Source: Klebsormidium nitens (lineage: Eukaryota; Plantae; Klebsormidiophyceae). Taken from it: a stretch of 64,000 nt of DNA. Positions 50,269 through 60,090 of this stretch are shown here, piece by piece (the first letter of the stretch is position 1; each line of letters starts with the position of its first letter). The notes below the pieces were generated by a model. That model saw only the letters and a list, made by a program, of their open reading frames with translations, was not told the origin of the DNA and did no database searches. The stretch spans positions 41,877-105,876 of the forward strand of contig DF237258.1 of NCBI GenBank assembly GCA_000708835.1. The letters run 5' to 3'. The translations under genes and the position numbers were made by a program.

Positions 50269-53200
50269 TCAGCTAACCGGTGCAAAGGTGTAGGCGGAGG
50301 TGACGGTCGCTGGAGCACTGGGACCGGTCGCCGAGGCGTATGTTTGCTGCAAGAGGCAAGCGGGATCAGTAGGACTCGTGGTCATAGGCCGAGGACGCTC
50401 AAGGTTTCGCTTCAACCAGACGTTTCAGGACAGTCGACTGGTAGGCTCTACTTGCGCAAAGTATGCCCAGAACTTGAAGATCTTCTATTATACGGACCAT
50501 CAGGCAACGAAGCGGTTCGATCACAACACGCAGAGCGTCGCAAAATGCTCTCAGGTGGACGTGGCAAAAAGACTTACTGCTCCCGGCACGACCGTGAGAC
50601 GGGCCCCCGTCGCAGAGCGCAGCTCCACGAAGTTGGCCCGGGATGCCAAGCCGGCCACCTTCATGAACACCTCGCTGGGCTGGCCGCTCACACCAAACGT
50701 GACAGTCTGTGCAAGCCACGAGTCAGCTTCACACAAAGGAACTGTTTTCACAAAGAACTCACTTAATGAAGCCTCTCGGTGACAGCATCTCTTACTGTCT
50801 GGAATCGGACCAGATTTTGTCACACGACTTACAAAATTGGAATTAGTAGGGTTGATGTTAGAAAGAACTCTCTCGAGTGATCTTCGAACATTCATTGTCG
50901 TACAGACCAGAAGCTCAATTTCAGGACTGCCCCGGCGAGAGCCGCTGCCACGTGTCCTCACCTCGAGGGTCTCCAGCTGAGCTGGAGTCAAGGTCAGAAG
51001 CTCGGTGGCAACAGGTGTGCGCATTTCGTACAGGCTCCGTCCAGTGGAGACGACATCTCCTGTAGAATAGCAAGCACGATCTTCACTACAGCTCTGCATA
51101 CCACGGGTAATTCGTGGTGACTCTTTGCTAAATTACCTTGTAGATCGATCTCCCCACAGAATGCAAAGTCTTACTGTGGAAAGCTATGTCTTCGCTGGAG
51201 ATGATCGAAGTATCCCACTTTTCAAGAGACGATTGATGCTCAGCATCATATGAAATTCCTCTCTTTCACGTGTCACACTAGCTATTGTGGCTGGACCTCC
51301 CTCGCAACAAGGCGGGGCTTTGAACTCTGTGGACGAGAAAACTCACCATTGCCCCGGCTCACATAGAACCCGCCCCCGACAACCTTCACGCCGCCGGTCA
51401 CCCGTCCAGCTGCAGACAAATTTTGAGTTCTGGATATGGCAGCCTTTCTTGGACATATAATTCCAAACAATGGTTGTGGATTGGTCAAATACTGCAGAGC
51501 CGCACTTGTAGCGCGTTGCAGAGAGAGTCGATGGCGCTTGCAACTGACGAAGACAAACGATTGCAGAAACAACTTAGATTCAATTTCGAAGGCACAACTT
51601 ATTTGAATCACGTTCTTTGGTCTGCACAGTATCCGGACTCGTCTGGCGTCTGGCAATCTATCCTGTCAACAATTGTGCAGTCACTTTCGGCTCAAAAGCC
51701 ACACTGTCCGAATCGACCAGGCTTGAAATTCAGGAGCCTTGCAACCCGTCCTGGTGGTTGACTGTTCAAAGGCGACTCTCCGTGGTGGCTTAGGATCACA
51801 CTGATGGCTCTCCCAGAAACGTTGCATTTTGTAGTCTGGTCCAATTGATGCTGCGCAGCCAATTATGTCCTACAACCGAACAAAACCAGTGTCCGAAGGT
51901 GCTCAGGTGCATTCATACAAAAACGGAAGGCAGCCGTTGAGCCTGGTCTGCTTACCCAGGATGGCAATTCCTATCCAAATGCCAATGACAATGATGAGCA
52001 GAATGACCGCGATCCCGGCGCATCTGCGGTACCACTTGACTTTCTTCTTGAGCGTCTCATACTGATGAGCAGCCGCCACTAGGTCGTCTCCCTGGACAAA
52101 TATAAGGGGAAGTCGAATGATTGAGACTTCTCAAGCCCCAACCAGCTCTTTCTGGTTGCTCTGATTACTTCAAGTCCCCTTGCCAGCTTACGCAACAAAC
52201 AGGGGTGATTAGTCAGAAACGAATCCGCGCAGAGGAACAACAAGAGCAGGGGTTTACCAACGATTCTGCAAGTCCTTAACTCCACAGCTTATCAGCTTTG
52301 AGATCGCAGGAAATACATCTTGTGGTCCTTTTGTGACCACAAAAAAGATCACAACCACTTGAAAGAGTGTAAAGTGAGAAATGAGACAATGAAGTATCCA
52401 GAAGTGGGGGCATGACTTACTGTAATGAGCCCATCCTTGTCGCGGTCCAGCTGACCCAGGGCTGCCTGCCGCGCATATGCAGCGGGGTCAAAGCCATCTT
52501 CCTCTGCAGGAGGGGACGCCTCTACAGGGGGCCCAAGGTCCGCCTCCAGGTCTGTAAAAAACAAAGAATCACGGCTTTTGTAAACGTAACTTCGTAGCTT
52601 CAAGGGACTTAGTCCAGATGAATGACATCAAGAGAGTATGTATTCCAGAAGCTAGTCGAGTCTCTGTGGGTAGCTTGCTCACAAGTGATAAATTGATGAG
52701 GCCACAAGATATGCAGATACCTGCTTACCTGGCTCTGGTGCAACGGCATGCTCAGGTGGAGTGGCATCCTTCACAGGGGCTTCCACCTCAGGATGAGGAG
52801 GGGTATCAACAGCCACAGGTGCCACAGCAGGGACCACCTCTGGGGCCATGATTGGTACCATCGCATGTGGCTCTTCAGGCTGCTCAATACCCTGCAGCAA
52901 CTCAGAGCAGCCTGGATCGCTCAAGGTCCCTGAATCCCCGGATGATTAAGCTTGAGTTACCACTTTTAAGACATGTAATCTGGCCCCAACTGAAGCAGAC
53001 GGGAGTTATGGCTGATACCAGATGCCTACTGAAGTCAACATATTGCAGCATCATAACAGGCAACAACAACGCCTTCAATAGAGACAACAGCATCAATCAA
53101 GGCAATCATTGGCAGCTTGCTGGCATTGCCTTGTGTCTGGAAGAAGCATCATAATGGGGTGCAACAGGCGATACTTGCCTTCATGAGTATCGGCTTGTCA

Positions 53201-53439
53201 GCATCTTGCTCAGTTGGCAGCTTTTCTTCTTTGATAGGGCTCTTCACAACTTTTGCTGACTCCTCTTCTTCCTTGATGCGCTTCTCATGCTCCACGACCA
53301 ATGTGCTGACCTTCCCTTCTTCAGTTGTGACCTTTCCGCCTTCAGGTGTAGCCTTTCCTTCTTCAGGTGTGCCCACGGCCGCAGCAGCTGCATTCCTGGC
53401 TGCAGCCACTGCAGCTGTTACCTCCGCTTCTGACGTCAT
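50269..53439 (-). CDS. Uncharacterised EF-hand / single-TM (type II) membrane protein, gene A; paralogue of gene B; 5' end uncertain
   Basis: Exons 53439(53462)-53179, 52891-52729, 52551-52421, 52091-51956, 51409-51347, 51059-50962, 50706-50578 and 50346-50269 join in frame: acidic Pro/Ala-rich N-terminus; QLDRDKDGLIT|GDDLVAAAH EF-hand; KKKVKWYRRC; TM AGIAVILLIIVIGIWIGIAIL; AGRVTGGVKVVGGGFYVSRGN|GDVVSTGRSLYEMRTPVATELLTLTPAQLETLE|TVTFGVSGQPSEVFMKVAGLASRANFVELRSATGARLTVVPGA|QTYASATGPSAPATVTSAYTFAPVS*. An acceptor at 53463-53464 implies an upstream UTR or coding exon. Confidence 0.8.
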
Positions 53440-54339
53440 CGCACCACTCTGGAGCGCTCTTTCTGATACAATAAGCAAGAAAGAAGAAGCTTTCAAGCGA
53501 TGTTTACTACGTTCCTAACGTCTCATGGTGCACCTCGAACGGGCAGCTCTTTCCAGCGGGGTGCAATGACAATACGAGACCGATCAAGGAGACATTGTGA
53601 AGAACTTCGCCAATGCTGCAGGCACACTCCTTGACTTTCGATGATGTGACTCTTCAGAGTTGATGCTTTCTCAGCTCATTGGCAGAGGCGCCTATTCGTA
53701 GCGCCTTTCGGATCAGTTCAAGGTTGGGCAGTGGGCAGTAGGTACCTACTACTACTGATGTCATAATACGGTGGTACGTCCAGCTTGGCAGACACGATCA
53801 GTGCTGACATCATGAGATTCAGCGCTGATTTAGCCACCTGATTTAGAACCAGTATGTTACATTCTCGTATCATGCATCGATCGTGTTGTCGGATGCACGA
53901 ATTCTCAACGAAGCTCGGCCCACGAGATCGGTGAAAATAAGTGCGGCGAATCTCGGGCACAAGCATGGGAGCGTTCTGATTGGACAATGGCGATCTCATC
54001 ATTCGTGACAGCGCATCTTCTTGACGTCACTCACATTTCGTGACCGTTGTGCAGTCCACCGTCTTTCCCTTTTCCTAGTAATTGTATGCCTAACAGAGAG
54101 AGCCAGTTGCTCGCTCCCGCATTGTTTGCCGTGGCCGACCCTTGACAGAGAGCAGTTTGAAGGCGACGGGTGTGCAATCCTGAAGTCAGTACGCAGGACT
54201 TCCAAGGTTCTTCTTCAGCCGTTCATTCTGGACCACTGAAGGTGTTGATTGACCCTGCTGAAGTGGGCATTGGCAACTGTCCTCCACGCACCAATCGCAG
54301 TCACTTCAACCTCCAGCTGAGGTTGCAAGTGGTAGTCCG
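53440..54339. promoter_or_regulatory. Putative bidirectional promoter between paralogous genes A and B
   Basis: About 0.9 kb between divergent start codons. Inferred from geometry only; no specific element identified. Confidence 0.4.
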
Positions 54340-57300
54340 ATGGGATTGTTCCGAAGAAAGTCCGTGGCTGCGCCAGCTACGTCAGCTGCAGAAAATGGCG
54401 AGGCGGTTGCCGTTGACATTGACGGGGAAAGCCAGCTGCGCCCCACTTCCTTGGTCCGCTTGAACACATTGCAGAGGAGCGACAAGGACTTCCTGAAGGC
54501 AAGGTGAGGGCTAGAGTTGGCATTGCTCTAGAAACATTTGTGGATGGCAGGCCATATATGTATTCTTTGTACTCTAAGTGCTCTTTGACAACCATATACT
54601 GATGTGTTCCTTGAACTTGTTTGTGACTGTTGGGATTAATGAAGCCCAATATGTTTAACCCGTACATGATGTTTATTGCAGGTTTGATCCAAACCAAGAT
54701 GGCATCATGTCGGTAAGTCATATTTCCTCCAGAGCTCTATAAGGAATCTGTTAATACGAGAATATCATACTCTTTTGAAAGTAGGTACATATCATATCTT
54801 TTGAAAGTAGGTACATGGACTCCAAGCTTACCAGTGATGATCTGTGCAATGCTGGTAGCCAATCCTGCAGATGCTCTTTTCTTCTTGGGGATTAGAATCC
54901 TGCTTTGATCTATAGAAGTGAATGGTCTTGATTCTTTGAATGATGCAGGCGGCTGACGTGGAGGCGGCCGCTCACCGCTTGCAACAGATGAAGTTTCGAT
55001 TGAACCGAAACTTTAAGGTAGGGCGTGGAGCCACCCAGCATTGCAGTGTCGTTCTTTCTGGTAGTGTTATGTTGGCCTCAGAGCAACACGCCTGCCTTAG
55101 TCTTGCTGGACTCTGCTCCGTTCAAAAAAGTCAGTATTGGAGAAGAAAACAAGTCTGCTACATGTACTGCTAAATCTTGCTGATACACTTGTGTTATACG
55201 AGCTGACAGCCCTTTTTTTGCAGCGTACATGTTGCGTCCTGATAACTGCCATTCTTCTTGTGGCCATCTCAAGCGTTGTCTGTGGAATCATCCTAGGTAG
55301 GGGCCAAACATCCTTACATTATGTCATCAGATATGGGGGCCCTCAGACCCACGAAGTCTTGTTTCAGGACGTGGTCTAGCTCTTCCTTTCAGAAACAAGG
55401 GCAAGCAGGGATGTGCCTGCCGTCAAAACCCCTTGGATCTCTTGCACTGTTGGCAGACACAAAAAGGTGCTGTTTTCAGCTGTGCAGACAATTCTTCTCT
55501 GATCACGCCTCAAATTCTCTACTGCTTTCAGATCAAAGGAGTGTCTCTCGGCAACACCTTGTATATCCTTTTGGGATAACTATCTGATGTGTTCAGTAAT
55601 TTTGCTGCAGCCTTTTTCTTCAAGAGCAGCACGCATGTCATTGGAAATAACGTCCTCGCTTGGCGTGGAAAGGGTGAGCCTTTGAGAAACCTTTCAGGCA
55701 GCTTGGTTGAAGAGCAAACGAATTGACTGCTGTACAGATGTTCTGGCACGTAACTTCCAAAATTGATCACGGGGTCGTCCGAGCAAGTATTCAACTTGAG
55801 ACGTCCAATTGCCTGTAACTTGCTCCAGGTGCCCAGGTAGACAGTTTTGGCCCACTGTCAGCTTTCCCCTAAGTACGAGCACCTTGTTGTATGCAGATGC
55901 TTTTGTCCTGACTGCTCCGACTCGGGTGCGCACACGTGTGGAGGAGGTGGCACTCCTCACAGTCAACCCGGGATCTAGCGTGGAGAGCTGGCTCCAAACG
56001 GTTGAGGTCAGCACCACGGCTTTGTTTTCTTGTAGAAGTTTGCGCTGTACTCATGGTGTACTTTCCAAGGACTTCATCTCAAGCGCCAGCCAAATAAGTA
56101 CTTATTCCAAAAAGGGTGTCAGCACAGTCTGTTGATTTTGAAGAAGGTGGTAAGAACTGCTCCACCGTTTTGAAGTAGTTGCGGCGCCTGTTTGCTACAA
56201 TCCGTTAAATATTCGATCTCAGCTGTCATGCTGACCCCGAAATGTTTCTTTCCAGGCAATTGAGCTTCAAACGGCGGAGGGCCCGGTGCTGACCACCCAC
56301 TTCTTCAAGGTGGCCTCCACTGTGCTGAATGGGACAACCGCCACCTTTGCGGCAGCATATGGGGACGCCCTCGTACTCACCCCGACCACCGTAAGGATCC
56401 GTTTAAAGTCAAATTGCCGCCTTGTACGTCAATGCTTGCCTGAACACGCTGTTTTCTCACCTGCTGAGCACAAAACGCTGAAAGCCAGGCCAGGCGGGGG
56501 TGCTTTTGTGAACTCGGGACGAATCTAGGTGATCGAGGAGAGAGCCGTCTGAAGGGTTTTCTCGCTCGTAATGTCTCCATCCAAGTTGGCGGCTGTATTG
56601 AAGATTGCAATTTTACTTCCAAAAAAGTTTCGAGCGTGACACAGCGGATTTCGCTACCCTTCTCAGGCGGCGTTCCAGACCAGCGCTCCCGCTGCGTCCA
56701 TCCCGCTGTCCAACGGGACAGTCAGCTTCATTTCGGGGCAGCCATATCCATGTGAGTATTTGGCATCAGTCTAGCGGCTTTGAGCTGGCACTTGCAGTGC
56801 CTGTCTTGGCCTCTTGGTAGTCCGCCTGAGACACATACATCTGGACAAGCTTTTATCTGACACATGCTTGAGTACCACTGGCACGCTGACACATCGGTAG
56901 CGAGCTTTCCTTCTTCATCCCTTCTGAGATGAAGTCTGCACATCTCTTGGGGCGTTGGATACTCCACAGGATCATAAATCATCATCATTCATTGCGCAAG
57001 GCTGCCTTGGGATACGATTTCTTCCTGCGTCTCGTGCAGTTGTCAACTACTGCGGCGACCGGTCGCTCAACAACTGTGACCCGAGAGCCACGTGCACCAA
57101 CCGCTTCAGCTCCTTCGTCTGCACCTGCCCGCCTGGCTACCAAGGGCCCGGCACCACTTGCACAGGTGACGTCATCGGCCTGCCCGAAGAATAGGAAGCT
57201 TTGGACCGCTTTGGGCGACTCCCCATGCTTCGAAATTTTCGCTTCTCGAGTAGGCGCAGAGCTGATCAAAGCAGTCGATCGCCTGAACGGCTGCCTGAGC

Positions 57301-58465
57301 GAAAAGATCAGACGTTTGCAAGAAGGGAGAAGGGGGCATTTGCATAAGGTTGACCTAACGTCGTCTTTGTGGCTGTGAATCCAGATATCAACGAGTGCGC
57401 CCCCGGTGGCAACGTGACGAACACCTGCGCTCCAGTCGGGAGCGTCTGCACCAACACGCCAGGTACTACGGAAGACCCTAGCCCCAGTCCGCTCCATTGT
57501 CATCCCCAAGGCCTGGATGTTCTCGAAAGCGGTCACGATGATTGCTAAGCAATTGGCTGCCGCTGAAAGCCTCTCCCGCTGTTCTCGTCCGCTGTTGTCA
57601 TCCATTGAAAGTTCAGGTGTGACCTGCTTTCTTTGAGTCTGCTGTTACATGATTCGTCACAACGGAGACCAGGCCGTAAGTGGTGCCAATCAAATCTTAT
57701 TCTCCGCTTCTCATGTGTACAGGCTCGTACACGTGTGCCTGTGCCGCAGGGTACACCGGAAACGGGCGGACCTGCACACGTGAGCAATCGTCTCTGCCGA
57801 GCCTTTTCCTGACCAGCTCAAAAGGCAGATTTTTGCCTTCACTTGTTGAGGCTCTTCAGCACCTGTCAGGAGCGCATAGATATTAGGACTCTGTCTTCCT
57901 TGACAGTCTTTGGTGTTAATTGATGTACGACACCGCCTGCTCGACGTAACGCATTGCTGCGCTTTGTTTGAGATTGTGGAGATGAGCTTGATTGTTCACT
58001 CACGTCCTTTTTCACCCCCCCGCAGAGGTCGACGCGTGCCTGTCCCGGCCGTGCAACACCGTCAACGGCACCTGCTCCAACACCACGCCCGGCAACTACC
58101 AGTGCGCGTGCTTGCCGGGCTTCTCAGGAGATGGCAGGATATGCGTCGGTGAGTTCAAGATGCTTGTGGTCATGTTGAGAATCCTCCCAACTGACTTTTC
58201 TGAGACTCTTTTGCGCACCTATCCACAGAGGTCATCGGTCCACACACCCAGTCCTGTGGTGTTTCAGCAAGATTCCTTTGCTTGTTTCTCTGAGCAACCG
58301 ACTGCATTCCGACTCTTCTTCGGGCGAATTTGTCAGCGTCCTGCACAGCAGTTCAGTGATCCACTGACGGCTGTGTGGTTATGCGACTCGCTAATCGTGG
58401 GACCTTGCCTCTTTTTCGCCTCAGCCTCGAACTCGACAATTGGCAACACGACTACGAGTGGATAG
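54340..58465 (+). CDS. Uncharacterised EF-hand / single-TM (type II) membrane protein with three C-terminal EGF-like domains, gene B; 13 exons
   Basis: Exons 54340-54503, 54682-54712, 54949-55017, 55224-55296, 55611-55673, 55897-56006, 56256-56390, 56667-56751, 57040-57165, 57385-57462, 57723-57779, 58026-58148 and 58425-58465, all GT-AG and phase-compatible. Protein: MGLFRRKS...RFDPNQDGIMS|AADVEAAAHRL (EF-hand); KFRLNRNFKRTCC; TM VLITAILLVAISSVVCGIILAFFF; shared ectodomain; EGF1 YCGDRSLNNCDPRATCTNRFSSFVCTCPPGYQGPGTTC; cbEGF2 DINECAPGGNVTNTCAPVGSVCTNTPGSYTCACAAGYTGNGRTC; EGF3 VDACLSRPCNTVNGTCSNTTPGNYQCACLPGFSGDGRIC. Confidence 0.88.
54764..54816. repeat. Near-perfect 26/27-bp tandem duplication in gene B intron 2
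   Basis: atcata(c)tcttttgaaagtaggtacat occurs twice (54764-54790, 54791-54816). Confidence 0.9.
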
Positions 58466-60090
58466 GTGCCACCGACGTCCTGACTGGCCAGGACTGTGCA
58501 GCACGGGCAGGGAGCAAGGCCTCGCCTAGATCTAACTTTTAATCAAGAAAAGAATCAGTGGCTCTGGGCTTGCGGTCATGTACAGAGTCTTCTTCATTGC
58601 AAGTCATTTGAGAGAAAATGCAAAGCAGAGTCGCAGGTTTTGGGCACATTTGCATCTCACTTAAATATAAGGCTCCTATTTTTAACAAGAATTTGAATGT
58701 GAGGAGGTACAAGCAAGCAACTAAGAAGGTGTTTAGACTTGATTAATCACGTGGCTTTGGTCAAATTTTAGCATTAACAACTGGCAATAAGTACGGTAGT
58801 ATTTATTTGGTTGAAACTAGTCAAGGCACGCAAGTAACGCCAAGATGTTAGCAGGCAGCTCGTTTGAAGGTGTGGCAACCTGATTTCCAGTCATGAGACC
58901 TACTCTGCACTAATATGCTCAACGGCCGTCGGCTTGCGGGTGTATCGAGTTGTCCAAAAACAATTCCGACTATGGAGGCAAGTATAGATCAGAGCTCCCG
59001 ACTCGACTACATCGGAAACCTGCAACAGTGTGCATGGCTTACTCTTGTACTAGTGGTAAGCTCGACGCAATAGAGTTTTGTCTGAGCGCGCAACACGCGA
59101 GTTGTGGTACGTAGAACGATCACTCAACGCGCACAGTGCAGGCGGTAAAGACTGTGGCCTTTTACATGAAATGGCCCGGCTAGCCGCAGACCATGCGTCA
59201 TATAATCTAGCTGCGCAGGTCATCAGTCGAAGCAATACACCGAAAAGCTATCAAGAAATATTGCAATATCGACCTTATCGGCAATTATTTTGTACGTATG
59301 CACGTATGGCACCGACATCACATGCACTCTTAGCGACAATGCAATGGAAATTGAGTATTATCATTTTTGCAGCTGGCCAATTACAACTTGGACATGATAT
59401 AGTTTGAAACTATACTGGCATTGGAAGGCGCAGGGACAATGCACAGAAAAGTATATTAAAAGCCATTGACACCGCTGCATGACTCAGCGGTGAGATATTT
59501 TGCTAAAACGACCACGTGCAAAATCCTGGTGCCAGGCGGAGAAAATGAATAAATATTCGCACAACTTGGTGAAACCTAATTTAACGTTCCTGATGATTTG
59601 CTCGCAGCTTTCAGACGTGACATCCCATGTCGCTTCGGTACTACCGGCTTGTGCAATAAGCTGTACTCAATCAGCATGCACAATAATGGCGGCAGGCTGG
59701 CCAATTCACAGCCAGTATGTGTTGTTAAGGCAGCTAGGCGCCCGCACACCTACTACAAACAACGGCATGTATCTAGAAATGAAGCGCATGACAGGCCAAA
59801 GCCTGGGACTCGACCAATCAGAAGAAGAACGCGCGCACGTCAGTCATGACCCAATCTTGGCATCATTCTGTGGTTCTGAATAAGGGGGCGTACATCCCTT
59901 CCACGTACTTACAGTAGAAGCTTACGTCTTCCACAGCCTCCACAACAGAAATCTTCCATGCGCAATTGCTCCAATGTCAAGCGGGTGCTTGACGCAGGCT
60001 TCCGCGTGCCGCCCCGGTTTCACCCCTTTGACTGTGGCATCAGTCTCGACGGGGCATGATTGCTTAAACGGAACGACATATGTACAACAA

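Noticed and set aside
50300-50782. 160-aa plus-strand ORF with YTDHQA, resembling a retrotransposon RNase H motif
   Set aside because: It overlaps the last two exons of gene A antisense, and flanking RT/RNase H motifs are absent.
54312-54419. Minus-strand MSTATASPFSAADVAG... as first exon of gene A
   Set aside because: It overlaps exon 1 of gene B antisense and has a weak donor; more likely a shadow.
59078-59407. AGGKDC taken as a PP-loop (SGGKDS) ATPase motif
   Set aside because: The key Ser residues are missing and there is no surrounding Rossmann-like pattern.
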